Of a stretch of 64,000 nt of DNA, positions 37,978-52,739 are shown piece by piece; positions within the stretch are counted from its first letter, which is position 1, and every line of letters starts with the position of its first letter. Below the pieces are notes generated by a model, which was not told where the DNA came from, ran no database searches, and saw only the letters and a list, made by a program, of their open reading frames with translations. The DNA is from Tubiluchus corallicola (taxonomy: Eukaryota; Animalia; Priapulida): contig JAQGDQ010000326.1 in NCBI GenBank assembly GCA_030141605.1, positions 124,001 through 188,000 on the forward strand. Reading direction: 5' to 3'. The position numbers and the translations under genes are program-made.

Positions 37978-38218
37978 ATTGTATTGTATTGTGTTGTGTT
38001 GTGTTGTGTTGTGTTGTGTTGTGTTGTGTTGTGTTGTGTTGTGTTGTGTTGTGTTGCGTTGTATTGCATTGCATTGCATTGCACTGCATTGTATTGCACT
38101 GCATTGCATTGCAACTGTATTGCACTGTACTGCATTGCAAGTATATATATATATTGTATTGTATTGCACTGCATTGCATTGCATATATATGTACAATACA
38201 ATATAATACAATACAATG
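37978..38218. repeat. (TTGTG)n/(TTGCA)n/(TTGTA)n pentanucleotide microsatellite
   Basis: Directly visible; explains the Cys-rich ORFs. Confidence 0.95.
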
Positions 38219-39620
38219 TATGGGGCTTCTTTGTACTAAAATTAAAAAAACTAGCACAGGCACCTCTTTTTTCTTTCTTTTTCCAATAAACGAAAGGAAA
38301 AAGCACTTTATATACTATTTTGTTATTTTTAGCAAAGCTTGAATCTCATTAATTGTACGACATTAGACAGTGTAAGACATTACATCGTTTTACCATTGCA
38401 TCGTCATTTTGTCGCTTGTGTTCATCAATAAACTTGATATTTCGCAAACGTATACAATTTTCTTGGAACGAAAAGTAATTTAGATACAGGAAAGCATTGA
38501 GAAAGTAGCATTTTTTGCTCTTAGTAGTCTCATTGCGTTATATTTTCATATTTTCATTGTGAAATATTTTGCTCCAAATATATGCGTTTTCGTCAAATAA
38601 CGCTTGCTATTAACACATAGAAAGTAGAAAGAAGAAAGTAGTTTAAAACATAAAGTATTAGCTAAGGTCATTTAACATTTATGTACCTCGTGCACTTTTG
38701 TAAAAAACCACTTTATCCATTCCTCAACTGCAGCTTCTAAAACACGTACATGGGAAGAAAACATTAACGGCAAAAACGTCAATCTCGCCTTGTCAGATGG
38801 GATGTCACCAGGTTGACAACAACACATTTAACGCATTTCCGTCAATTTGGCTACAATTGAATAATCCTGTCATGCATTTTGAATATGAATAAATAAATGC
38901 GTAACGTACTTAAATTATTAAACGTTCGATTTATGGACGCAAGACATAAGACAGGGGAAAAGCGTTAAAGGAAATAATTTGAAAATGGATATCGCAAAAA
39001 GAGAAAGAACCTCGGGTAGACAGAAAGTTAGCAATTATTTTGTTTAAACGCATTGACGCACTAATTATCGCGCTACTTATGTTTATTTTATAATTCGAAA
39101 AGGTTTCATTGTCTTTAATGTCTAATCTCTGTCCTTAATCTTTGCACTCCCGTTTTATGTGAGCCCAGTTTGTAAAACAGATTGTTTTTTGGATTAATGT
39201 TTTTCTATGTATTTTCTATATATTTAAAGGAATTTTTGCAATTAACTTAATTTATTACATTCTTAGTTCAAATCTTTAGCTCAAGTCTTGTAGCAACAAC
39301 TGAACTGAATAGAATAGAGTAAGGTTGGGTGAACTACGAAACTTTGGGCACTTGTTCGTACCGCTTATAAGGACAAATTAAGCGAAGTGATCGGCTGAGT
39401 GAATTGTTCAAAGTTAGATATTCACTCACACACCTTAAAAATTGTACGGAAATGAAGGAATTAAATTGGAAAACATAGTGGGATAATCACTTATTACTAC
39501 AATATCGTTTTTCATGTGGCATCGATATAAGCATAGAGAACCCTTGTCTGAGTTCAGCATGATTTTTTGATTGAAAAAAGTAGTTTTTGAGTACTCAATT
39601 GAGCTCCTAAATTGAGTAAA

Positions 39621-39678
39621 CAGAAAGAGAAAGAGATGGGGAGAGGGAGAGGGAGAGAGAGCGATAGAGAGAGCGAGA

Positions 39679-39711
<33 letters not shown>

Positions 39712-39722
39712 GGAGAGAGAGA

Positions 39723-39812
<90 letters not shown>

Positions 39813-39830
39813 CAGAGGGAGGAAGGAGAG
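39621..39830. repeat. (GA)n microsatellite
   Basis: Directly visible. Confidence 0.97.
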
Positions 39831-42800
39831 TTAGCTTTATGAAAACCATCTTGTGAGTCTAACATTGTAATTTTATGCATTCCCTATATACGGAGTGGGA
39901 AAAATAAACAATTGACGCGTAGTACCAGAAGTCTAAATTACTAACGGGTTAAATAATTAAGTGTGCAATGGTACATTCGTCTGTATCGTACCCAACGGAC
40001 ATAAACAGATACCACAAACCCCATCAGCTATCAATAAATAATAAACTAAAAGACCAGAGCAATGAAATGAGTGGCTTCTGTTAGCCTATTGAAGAAATTA
40101 ATGAGGGAGAATCCAGACCAAGGTAATCGAAAAGTAAGTCCTTAAGTCGATAGTGCATTCTCCGTAATTCAGTACATTTTATGATAGATGTGCGTGTAAC
40201 CTTATTTTGTGCAGCAGCGAGCTTCCGAAATCCGGTAAATGTAAAAATACAAAATCTTCATGATATGCCCCACTAGACCACTGCGTTTCATCGCCCTTCT
40301 CCTCTATTACGAGTAGAAAAACTCCCAGACCTTGATTAGCCACCAAAGAAATTCCTCCTTCACGTAGTACCTGTTACTAAAGTTTTTTCCTACCTACAAA
40401 TATTTGCAGTCGAAAGTGATTGCCCCTAAACAAAAACAAGGTGTGACCTTGAACAGCTTACTCAACATTTTTGTCCCACTTTTTTCTGATTTTGTATTCC
40501 AAGTTGAGCAGGTTTGGCTTCATTTATTTACCTTTTGCGTAGTTAATCCTAATGATAATGATGATGATGATAACGATGATGGAGGTGATTGAGACTATAA
40601 AAGCGCTTTATTTTCGACTATTTCTCCCGAATTAGCATTCCCGTAAACACAGTACGAGAATTTGTACCTGCACTGCTGCTGTCAGATAACTACCCACGAT
40701 GCTACACGTTGACACAGAGCAACTCTGAAAGCCATGATGAACCATCAAACATTAATACTTCCACACACGGGCGCGCAATAATCTATTTCTGTTGTAATTT
40801 CTCATTTGTTCCACAATATTGAATTGCTCTTTCTTGTCTTGGCTGCAAATCATTTCACAATTAACTCGGAAATGACTTTCGCATTTATCCGCGCTGATCA
40901 CTAGCGAGTGAATATGTTTTCTGTGAGACTAATTTCACCAACACGACAATTCTATTGAGCTGGCTGCAAAATGCAGTTGACGAGACAAATGAGATTTATT
41001 GTGATATTAAACCAGGCTATTCTGTGCAAGGTGTTTATCACCCTGCTTCTTCATTGTACCAATACAAATGAGAACAAAACCTAATAACCTTCCATCTTCA
41101 GGTAATCTGATGGAGTGACAAGAGGAAAGAGAAATATGTGCTGTCAGCCCGCTGGGTTTTAGATAACTACTACCAGATTAGATTTTCTTCAATATGGCTT
41201 TGGACTTAAGACTGGACGGATATTTACTTATTAGGTTTAAATACGCTCTGAGTGACACTTCTTTTCTTGAGAAAGGATTAGTTTTAAGTGTGGCAGATTT
41301 TACTGGAATCTTACTGGGCGAGCAAGCATCTTCACTTGTCCAAATTCTTTGATGGCTTAACGCTTGGGTACCCTTATTTTATTAAAGATGATTTTTTAAT
41401 ATAAGCACAATTATTGAATAACCAAACAACGAAGTTAAGAATGTAAGGTGTTAAAAAGTTCATTGGATCACTTTCAGGATCATAATAATATTACTGAAGA
41501 AGCAAGTAAATATTTAAACATTTTTTGGAGATTTAAATTCATGACGAGACAGTGTTTTAAAAAGTATAGTAACTCAGAATTTCAGATTATTTAAAATATA
41601 ATCGTCCATACGCAAAACCATAATTACAATTGTAACACCTTATAATCAGAATTAAAGAGATTAAATTGTAAAAATCTTACCAAATGAGGAAAATCAATGA
41701 AAAGCAGCCAGCCAAACTGTTTATCTCAGTTTTAATGAATTCCATCGTGTAAATGCATTAACGTTTCAGTTTTGACCTTCCATAGCTTTATGGCCCACTA
41801 TGACAATTAAGGCTTCCACCTAGGTCTATGACTCATTAAATAACTAAACTTTTCGTTAAAGGTTTACTACCTTTTTGTTCCTTCTCTCATGTACTGCAGT
41901 ATCAACAGCAATATGGTTTTAATTATCAGTCTATTTTCATTGAAATTCAATGAAACCTTTCATTTTTGACAGCTCTCATGTCAAATGCGCATTATTAGGC
42001 TGAAACCCAAATTCTTGAACTTTGGTTTCCATTTCTACTGGTTTCGATGCTCTTTTGTTTCTAGTCACGTTCCAACTCGCGACGTGCTTCAGTCAGGTTA
42101 GAAAATCTGCAACAGTTTGGTCTAATACAAAGACAAGCATTGTTTTATATTATATCATCATATTGGACATTACCGATTATTTAAATGGCGGCATTATTTT
42201 TTGGTCTAATTTAGGTTTGTCAACAGTAATACGTGAATGAATGAGGCAGTGAATACCAAATTGCAAAAAGCATTCACATCATAAAGTTTATAATTCAAAA
42301 ACCAATTTTTCAGTATTTGTACAAGTCCAACTTGAACGTTTTAGTTGGTTACTTGATTACTTTAAGGAAGTTATCAAAATCACAGGTTAATCGCAACTTG
42401 AGTTAATCGGTTAATCGCAAAACTGCAAAAACTTGAGCCCAATTTGGGTAACTTGCAGTATCAACTTGGGATCACATTTCAAAGAACTGTTTAAAATCAT
42501 TGAGTACAAAGGTTCGAGCAAATATTTGAAATTTTGCAACTGACGGATAACCCTGCCATAGGTGGAAGAAAAAAACGCGCCTAGAACAGCGATCCAATCT
42601 AATTAGCAATTAAAATGACGGCTTTCATAGCTACGGTAATCAGCAAAAGATTTTCTCCATTTTACTTTTGCTGTGAATCGGGCAAGAAATTGAACGATCA
42701 GGATCCGTTGCTAAAATCAAATGTGATAAAGATAACTAATGATGACGATGATGATGATGCTGATGGAAATGGAGATGATGATAAAGATAAAGTTACATAT

Positions 42801-43017
42801 TGACGTACATATACAATTTAGACATTACAATACAATAAAGTGTATACAATACAGTGCAATGCGATGCACAATATAATCTAAATAATCTAAGACTATAAAT
42901 CTATATGATAGGTTTTAATTTTAGGATCACGATACAATAACATTTTACATCAGGATAACACATTTAAAAAATAAGCAGATCGTGAATAAATAAACGATAT
43001 TGATGGTGTGGTGGCGA

Positions 43018-43049
<32 letters not shown>

Positions 43050-43064
43050 ATAATGATGATGATG

Positions 43065-43104
<40 letters not shown>

Positions 43105-43123
43105 AACGACGATGATGATGATG
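43018..43123. repeat. (GCT)n(GAT)n microsatellite
   Basis: Directly visible. Confidence 0.95.
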
Positions 43124-46100
43124 TGAGTGCTAAAACACTTTTTGGCAATTCGCTTTTGTAATCCGTAGCTTTGTGAAGTTTCGAAGTTGTAAAATCCTCC
43201 GCCAAATAACTCCACAGTTTCTTATTTCCAAACTAAAACTAGTAATCCCAGAAATTAGAACTATTTAGTTTTTAAAGTGACTTTGAAATAAAAGGTGAAA
43301 TCCCGCCTCACAGGCGAGCTATTGCCAACCAATCTCACCTATAGTGTCAGTACTTTATTCCGGGGGTGGCGTGGTCCTCTGAGATAATAACACCCCAACT
43401 TAACAAAACTGGCTCAGCAAGTTTGCACCCACTTAAAAATCACGGTTAAAAGTCATGGTTAAAGTGCCTCGATAAATGTCAGCAATAAATGCCCGCAATA
43501 AAAGCCGGAAATCAGCACCTGAACAGTTATTTAAACGTTCACACATTAATTTAATTTGGATTTTCTTTGTGAAAATACCTGCAAATGGTATTAGGCGTAC
43601 AGAAACCATTTGACAAAGATTTATATGAATTCATTCATTCGGCGCTGCAAATGTAAAGCACAAAAATTTCCATTTTGGGGACTTTGAACATTAGGTAAAG
43701 CAACACATTGGAATTATATTACCTATTGAGTAAATCAGAAATGAGCCATATACCCGCCATGTTAGCAGCTTTTATATGCTGGAGCATTCTAGATGAATTA
43801 TTAACAAAATTTTACCTACCGCATTTTCTATAACTTTTCCAGTTACAATTGAAAATGAGTCACTGCAAAGGAGCAGTTATTCTCGGAAGTTTATTCAACA
43901 ACCCGGTTTTCTAGGTTGTATCCTGGCCTTTATCCACTTCAAAGATCCCAAGTTATGTCTATGTCTATGTCTAGAAGTCCCGCAAATAACAAACCAGTGA
44001 ACAAAAGTACTTCTACGTTCCTTTTATGGAGATTTTGCATTCCAAATTTGCGTTCCAATTTTTACGTAAAAACATAAATTTGCGTTTATGATTATCACAC
44101 TCTCTCGGAATATTTCGGTATTCTCTCTGATTTTTGTACTAACTTTTAGTATATGTCTCCTAATGAGAAGTTTGAGTTTTTAAATCCATCACAAGATGTA
44201 GAAGTTATAAAAATCAATGATAGATTGGTGCTGAAAATCTGAGAATATACAGACCTGACTGAGATAACTCAGAGCAAGTCTGACTGATTAATTGCAGTAA
44301 TTGTAAAATAATAAGTCTATGATATCAAGACTGTTTATACGTATATATGATACTTTGTTGTATGTGTTTGCGTGCTTGAACTACTATACCATAGATCCTT
44401 TTTGCATTGTTGTAGTTTGTTCCTTTTTCACGTCTTGTGTACACATTTTTTTCTCTGTTGTATTCCGTTCTACGGTTTAATAAACATATATATTTTATAT
44501 TTCATCACAAAGCAGCCTAGCTGCACTAAACTATAATATTAAGTAGGCCGTATTGTTCCTTTGGTGTATTGAACTGAAGAATTTTCAACTTGTGGAACTC
44601 TAAGTGATATTTGCTCTGCTGGTATATGTTCTATGTTACAATGGGCATCAAGCGGTTATTATAACCACCATTTAACACAATGTAGCACTACTCGTGGCCA
44701 CGCTTAATGTTATGACCATTCGCTATACGCTGGCGATTACAAATATAAGTCCTTTGAAGAGAGTTACGATTGACTTGGCATTTTGAACGGAGAACCTTCT
44801 TGTTATGAAAACCTTTTACACGAACTTCGTGATCTGATACTAAGCTTTCACCCTCAGAATAGCAAGAGTCAATTCCAAATCAGTGGCTAGATTATTGTCA
44901 GTCAGTTATCATCGAAACCGCTAAGTGCCATGTGCAAGCGACTCTATTCAACTGAAACCCGTTCAATGGCATGGTTTGAGTGTCCATTCGCTAATGCAAT
45001 AATACCAACTACCTCGATCTCTTTGGTAATGATGCTATAATGCTTGACATGCTCGCTGGATTATTGTAGGAATGTACTTTTTCATTGCAATCATAGCATG
45101 ACATTAACGTGCTAGGAAATGTGAATCTTCAATATTTATTAGACAACGCGCGCGAATGCGCATTAAGCAATGCGCTTGCACTAAAATCTTTCCATTTATA
45201 CATAAAAATATCAAGGTCCTTGACAGGCCAGTCAAATTGAGAAAATTGTGATTACAGTTAGTTAAATAACTGCAACTATTTTGTTACCGAAGGTTGGTTC
45301 TTTCAATCAGAAATAGATAAAAAAACACGACGTTATGATGTCAAAAACTCCTTGATTTATAATCAATATTTCGAGAAGTTAAACTTATCATCACTGTTTT
45401 TAAAATTTGAAATTTTTAACCTTCATTAGATGTTGTTTTAAGAAATTGGCGTACGTATAATTCAAGTATTCTTATTCCCAATAGTGTACAGGTTAATCAA
45501 AATAAAATCATTTATAGATAAAACCATAAAATTACAATTGGGGCTTTATAACTATAATTATAAGTCCAGTGATTCCAGCCTTAATCTGTAACTACGCTGT
45601 CTTTATATTTAAGTATACTTGTATTTTATAGGATAAGTATTAAAACTCTGGGCTACTGACATTAACTTATAATCAACAATTTTATATTATTGTTGCCTGC
45701 AGCTTTTCGATTTTCTATCGCGAAGAACGATTATCGAGTAGCTTTATCGATTTTCGCCAACAACGGTTTTTCTATAAAACAGTTTACGGGGTCGTATAAC
45801 TTTATATCGCGCCTCATATAACCGGCCTTTTCAAATATTTTACGTAACAAATCATTACTAATGAATTTTCACCCAACCATTACAGCAATATTCTGCTCTT
45901 TAATATTCATTTGAATTTATCAATAGCCGCCTAGCGCACTTAATTGTAACTATGAATGCGCGATTATTACAAGCCATCGCGAACAAACAGACTTGGCAAA
46001 TATGTGACGGGCTCTGTAACGATTTTATACTTGTGTTTAGCCTATAGCAAACACATCAAAACATAATATTTCAATTACAATAAATTTTAAATGTGCATTT

Positions 46101-46499
46101 AGCAAGAAGGCATTTGCGTAGAGAGTTAAACACACCTGTTCCGCGTCACAGAGATACATTATAAGACTAAACACACGACAGCAGACGTAATTTTTGCACC
46201 CGGAAGCCCCGTAGTTGTTAGTCATTTTTGCTGCTGCTGTTGTTGTTGTTTGAAAGCTACTCCACTTTTTTCGTCGTGGGAGGCTGAAAATTTGTAAGAA
46301 GTTACCGCTGGCCTACCGTTACCCCAACCCAGGATCGCAGTCGAGCCAGATTTTGAACTTTCCCGATATGGTAGCCGTTATGACGTAATCATTACATCAG
46401 CTTCTTAGTAAACATCATCAAGTTTACTAAAGAATCATCTGAACGTTATTATGCCTTAACCACGGGAAACTCATCTGGCTAGCTAAAAATTGCATAATT

Positions 46500-46575
46500 C
46501 CAGTATGGCCTCTACTCACAATCTGAGATCATGCGTTCGACCCTCAGCTGGGGTGTGCCAGATTCAAGCTCATTA
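46500..46575 (+). mobile_element. tRNA-derived SINE head (degenerate)
   Basis: actcacaatctgagatcatgcGTTCGACCCtcagctgggg resembles an anticodon arm, variable region and T-arm/B-box; the 5' half is not intact. Confidence 0.4.
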
Positions 46576-47451
46576 GTGTTTCTTTTCTTTTTATTAATAT
46601 AAATGTGTAACTAAGATAAAATGACGCTACTTCCAGCGTCATACCATTCTAAACTTCCTCTCATAATGTTAAAATTCTTTTCCTGAAATTGTAATTGAAG
46701 GAAACAGACTAACGAATGACTTGAACCTGTCGACGTGTGGACAAATAATAAAATATACCTAATACAGCTATGACAGGAAGGGCGGAAGTGGGCAAAGGTT
46801 GCAGCGAGTAAGACGTTAAAGACGTAGCAAATTCAAAAGCAGAACGTTTTATTAGTAGTTCCACGTGTGAAATAATTGACTAGCTATACTGTCGCTGTAG
46901 CTGCTGCCGTAGTGGTTGCAAGTGCAAACTTTAAACCATACTATGGATGACGGTTGCCCCCTTCCATCTTTGACAGATGACAGAATAACTGAGCCTAAAT
47001 GATCAATCCAGCCAGCTTAATTTCCTCCCGACTTCCCTCGCAGTGTGCAAACCTTGATACACCTTAATAAATCACATTTCCAACGACATTTGTGTGTACA
47101 TGTCAGTGTATTTAAGCTTATTTGTTCTCCTGCGACCTGTTTGTGGCAACCGTAATAAAGAGGCGAATGCAATTACCTGGCCAGTGTAGTGCATAATCTT
47201 GTCATTTGTGTAACTGATTGAATTCGTGATGGCGATGATGCTGTTACACATTTGGAAAAATTAATGTGGTATCAGTTAAGACTGGGTGAGACAATGATGC
47301 AGTCCTATAATTAAAGTAATCATTGTGTCAGGAATAAACAAATCCAATTGTTTGGTGTTTCCGTGCAGATTAGTTTTTATAGCTTCTCAAGCCACCCTCT
47401 AAAAATAGACGAATTAAATCTATCTTTGCCGACAAAAATAAATAAACCACA

Positions 47452-47580
47452 TAGTACTACTAGTGGTAGTAGTAACAGCGGTAGTGGCAGCAGCAGCAAC
47501 AGCAGCAGCAGCAGCAGCAGTCAGTAGTAGTAGTAATAGTAGCAGCAGCAGCAACAGCCCCAGCAGCAGCAGTAGTAATA
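47452..47580. repeat. (GTA)/(GCA) compound microsatellite
   Basis: Directly visible. Confidence 0.9.
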
Positions 47581-48254
47581 TTGTTTTTTAAAAAACAATT
47601 AATACCAAAATTTGAAATAAAGTGAAACAATAACGAAACCTAACAAAGCGAACACAAAACAAATTTCAAAAAAAGACAAAGTTAAACTCTTCCGTCAATT
47701 CACGGACAGAAGAAGTTTTGTTACGGATTTTACATCACATTTACCCATATATATTTCAGAAAATCAAGGCATGAAGTTAGTGATGATGCTAGTGATTGCA
47801 CACACAATTTTCATACCAGTGTTTAGAAAACTGTGAATCAGCTTATTTTTTTAGAATTTCAAGTGTTTAAATGAAGCACGTTAAAACATAGTTCTTACTT
47901 ACTTCATGCGTGTCGTACATTCACAGATGCTCTAATTGCTAACATCTGGTATCTGAACTATTAGATCCAGGTAAACGCAACCTTCGCTTTTGATGTAAAA
48001 AGTAACAACAATAACAAAGGCTCCATCAGCAAATCCCCCTGTAATTTCTGCTGAACGGTAATCTACTGCTCCGCAGGATTATTTTGTACAACTGATTCAT
48101 TTAAATACAGGTGTTTATTAGCAAGAAGATCGTGCGGTTCCTTTTATGTGATGTGGTTAAACACAGAATAAGTGTAACGTGCTATAGACAAACGATATGC
48201 TACTAGTATTATATTCAGATAGATTTATTGGCAGAAACTAGCTGCGTGTGCATT

Positions 48255-48500
48255 CTTTGTTTAGGTGTTTGTCTGTCTATCTGTCTGCCTACCTGCTTGC
48301 CTGTCCGTCCGTCTATACGTCCGTCCGTTCGTCTGCCTGTCTGTCTGTTTGTCTGTTCGATCACCTGTTACTCTATCAGATTTGAAATGCCCGCATATAA
48401 TATGGTAGGTATTGAAGATGTCAAATTTCTCATTGAAACAAGATGGTAATTGCACTATAGATTAATGTTCGAGCAAATTTGGTGTGTTAGTGGATTAGGC
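48255..48500 (+). mobile_element. possible DINE-1/Helentron-like remnant with (GTCT/GTCC)n
   Basis: Degenerate (GTCY)n at about 48268-48358, followed by ...gttcgagcaaatttggtgtg. (GTCY)n tracts are typical of HINE/DINE-1 elements. Confidence 0.35.
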
Positions 48501-49508
48501 AAACATGTATTAGTTATTCATTACTAAAATATTTGAAATTCGAACAATTAAAAACATTTTTAAAATACTGTAAGACAGACAAAAAAGACAAAAATCGCCC
48601 CACATAATTACAGCATTGGAATGATATTTTGGTGTATGTAAGAATGTTGAAATGCTTACTCGAGCTCTGCCAAATGTTACAAAGATAACAAGCAGTGGGT
48701 AAATTAAATTCTTCCTACAGACTCAGCAACCAAAATAAACAGAAACCCCGAAAACTGCTGCTTACTTAGTGGCTTTTTCTTGAAGCAGTCAAAAATGATT
48801 AGATTATATCTGCTTCAACTTGGCAATTCTTCGTTTGAAATTTATCAATTACCGCTGTGCAGATACATGTGTTTTTTTTTGCAGCGGGAAGGGCAGGGAG
48901 GAATGCCTTAGTAAATCTTCGAGTATTTTCTCAGAGAGGTTTTCGGATGATGTAATGAAAATAAGCGCAATGCAAGCAGTCAACCTAGTAAAAATTCTCC
49001 GATCAGAATTTGCTTTCTTAAACTTGTACTAGGTACAAGAACCAGATAAACTTCAATAAAAATAAGTCAAATATATTGGTCAGTAAAAATATGTTTATAT
49101 ACGGAGGTTAAAACAAGCAAAATATTAAATTGTGAGAAAGAAGACGAATCTGAGAGAGAGGTAGTTTGTAGACGTATTTTGCTGTAATATTAGTTTTAAA
49201 ACTAGTTAAAATAAAAAAACTTGTTATTGTTGAAACTCATACAAAATCTACAAGCTGATTTTGGACTAAATATCTTGGTCAGCTTAACTGCCAGAATGCA
49301 GAAGCTATTGGTTCGACTTCCAACGAAAAAAATGTCTCAGGTTTTTTATTTGCTGCTTACATACTGTTGTAATTTTAACTTAACTGATTTTTTTTTAATT
49401 TACCGTTAACAAAAAAGTACATTTTTCAACTATGCTTAATTACGGTACAACTGCGCATGTGTTGTTACCATCAATTTTCTGATATGTATAAAAACATAGA
49501 GGATACAT

Positions 49509-49586
49509 GATTATTATTATGATTATTATCGTTATTATTATTATTACTATTATTATTACTATTATTACTATCATTATTATTATTGT
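49509..49586. repeat. (ATT)n degenerate microsatellite
   Basis: Directly visible. Confidence 0.9.
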
Positions 49587-52351
49587 TACGTATGTTTCCG
49601 GTATATAACTACAGAAATGTGTGCATAACAATACATAGATTGAAAAGTTCCAGATAAGAGGCCTCCGCAATAATCCCAAAATAAGAATTAATGCAAAACT
49701 CAAGAGGCGTCGCACCTTGCGGGAACAATACCCTGGCATTAAGTTTCCGCTTCTTGCATGCATAACATATAATATTTTCCAACAGAGATTTGGCGTGTCT
49801 TTGTTGTCAAACCAAGCCAGGTTAGTATTATACAATACAACAACGTGTTTTCTGTGACCGATAAATACTATTACGTCTTTTATTGAAGTTGTTGGCAAAT
49901 CCTTGGCGCTATGTGGTGTCCACGCCAACTCTGGGAGCTCAATCCCACTAGAAAGAAATCATCCAGAACTGATTGGCGGAACAGGAAGTGCTGGAAAAAC
50001 AGACTTTAACTTCAAATTAAGTTGCGCCAGTTTCAGTTGCTTTCATGAATTATTTTCATAGATGGCACTAGTACTGGTATAAGCCCTTTTTGTATGGCTA
50101 GTTGTGCAAATTGTAGTTAGGTTTTATTTTAAATGTCAAATTAATTTTTATTGATTTTTTACTTAAAGGGCATTAATGTTTTCATAGGTATATTTATATT
50201 GTATTTTTTACGTTTTATCAGTCGATTGTAGAAGCTTCATAGCCTATGTTTAGAGTTTGTATAATTCGTTCTTAAATAAACTATACTCTACTCTATTCTA
50301 CTCTGAAGCATATGGCGCCCTTCATTGGCAAAAAATAGAAGGAAAATGTCAAGTTTTATGAAAATGCATTATAAATGCCCTTTCATTTTTGTTTTGCTTA
50401 CCATCGCCATCATGTCACTCACTATCTTCGATCACCATCAAGTCACCGCGGTCTTGTCGTTGGTCTTGAAAAAGTCATGGTTAAATGTTATCGACCAAGT
50501 TAAGATTGGTGATTGATAACTTTGTACTCTCCTTCCAAAATTTGCAAGTTGGGAACTAGAATTGCACGATGACGTCTCTAAGTTCTCAAGCTGTTTTAAA
50601 TTATTTTATAAATTTTAATTAATTCCTGTGAAAACTTCCATTTGCCTCGTGAATGCAAAAAGTCAGCGTCGTCTTGCATTATGCGTGCTATTGAATAATA
50701 AAAAAATTACAATAGAGAAACTTTATCACTGTCAATTTAAATTTACACAATACCAGAACCTAAATATCAGATCCAGGTGGCGTAAGGTAGGCCATTTTTG
50801 TATCTCGCTTTGCCAATTCAGACATCAATCGCTACCTTTTCAGGCAGCATGTGCAAGCCTCGTTCGACTATATTTTTCTACTTAAATTACAATGTAAATT
50901 TTTCATAAACACTCATCTGTGAAATAATTTCTTGTAATTTTCCGCTGCGTGTGATTTTCCAAAGTCTTAACCGTCGTGTAACGTTATAGGTGTATAGCGA
51001 TTCACTTGGCGTGCATTAGACAGTGCAAGTTTCAAGGAGCATTTATTTGGTATAGAATACACAATATTGTGAAAGTACACCCAACTCCAGCAAAATTTAA
51101 AAAAGAATTAAAAAGAATAACACATATGTAAATAAATTAATGATAAACTTGGCTAGAACAGTCTAGTATATTCCCTATATGCAATACTTTTGTAATAAAA
51201 GTGCTTTAAGCGTAATCAGTTTTGGAACATTATGGTACTGAAACTTAGCACCATTTGTTAATCAGTCAAATTTCAATATTTTCTTTCTTCCCTAACGTTT
51301 TTCTTCTTTCACTATTCTGTGCTAATATAATAGTTGGTCTGTCTTAGTCCTTATTCCTCGTCAAGATTTACTTTAGGATTACTTTATTCACAATTTAATC
51401 ACGACTTATAAGTTTATGTGTAATAAAGTAACAATTGCTACAGAGTAAACATGTAGAAAATGTAGAATGCATGCAGAAAATGTTGAAAAAGAATAAAATC
51501 TTGAATCTTGAATCTTGGAGTACATATGTGGTTCTTATTAGGCAAATTATTGTGTATTAGGTATGTAATTTGTCTGTTTTGTATTTTTTGTACATTCGTC
51601 TGTAGTTCTTTTTATATATGTATTTTATGGGTTTTTGTGACCTAAATGCCGGCAGTACGTATGTTTTGCAATGTTTCATTTATTTACTTGTTTTTGTTTT
51701 TAATTTGTGCCTTATATGAAATTATGAAGTAACGAAATAAATGAAATAAAACAAGTAAAAGGGCGACCTAGTTAAGGGCACACACTTTATCACAGGCAGA
51801 TTATAAGTTATACCTAATGACGATCATTATCTAATAGAAACCAATTGCAAGGTTTGCGTCTCTCTTTTATCGAGTTCAGATTCTGGGAAAGACCGCTGCA
51901 AGCACGAAGAAAAATACCCTGACCAGATGAAAGCGGGTTATAACCTTTTACGATTTTTTTCACGATTTTGCATTGAAGGAATTTAGGACCATGGGTTATC
52001 ACTCATCTGTTTTTGATAACACTGCGTCGCCGCATATTATCCGCAAGCAGTCAAATGTCCACATTCTAAGATCTAGCTTTGGTGTTGTGCTTATATTGAA
52101 AATGAAAGAGTTGAAACGCCTGGCCACCCGCTGCTTTAACAATCATTCAATTTGTGAAAAGTGTTAACGGTGAAGCGCCGCATTTCTGAAGTTAAAATGA
52201 TGTATTCTTTTGTGAATTTTGCTCATTAAATCGCAGATGTTTACTGTGTACAAAACAGTATGCAGTTTCTATTAAAGGTCGCTAGGTGGGGAGAGAAAAC
52301 GTTAACGTTTGGAAGACTTCAAACAAAACTTGCAGTTTACATTAATTTATA

Positions 52352-52739
52352 CAGGGTGTTTCAAAAGTTTCTCACTAATTTGATTTTCAATTTTCTTTGC
52401 AGCTAATCGACTAACAACGTTCAGCTTGTAGTAAAATCTTACTCAGTAATTGAAAATTGTTTTTGAGTCTGTTTTTTAAAATTTTCGGCCTTTTTTGCTG
52501 CCAAACGGGCTCTAAGGTAAATGTGAATAATCAATACATGAGTTGATACGTATATACACGACAGTAAGGTGCATAGGTGCGAATTAAAATCACTGTAAGT
52601 AGACTTATGAAGTTTGGTGCCACTAAAATTCTCACAAAACGGAGGGTCGGCTACCAAATCATTACGCTTATTTGATTATTGTTGTAATTAATATTAAAAT
52701 TTAAGATTTGTTAAAGAATGAGAAGCTCGTGAAACACCG
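52352..52739. mobile_element. Tc1/mariner-type MITE (~390 bp, TA TSD)
   Basis: TA|CAGGGTGTTTCAAAAGTTTCTCA ... TGAGAAGCTCGTGAAACACCG|TA; imperfect TIR beginning with the mariner-like CAGGGTGT. Confidence 0.7.
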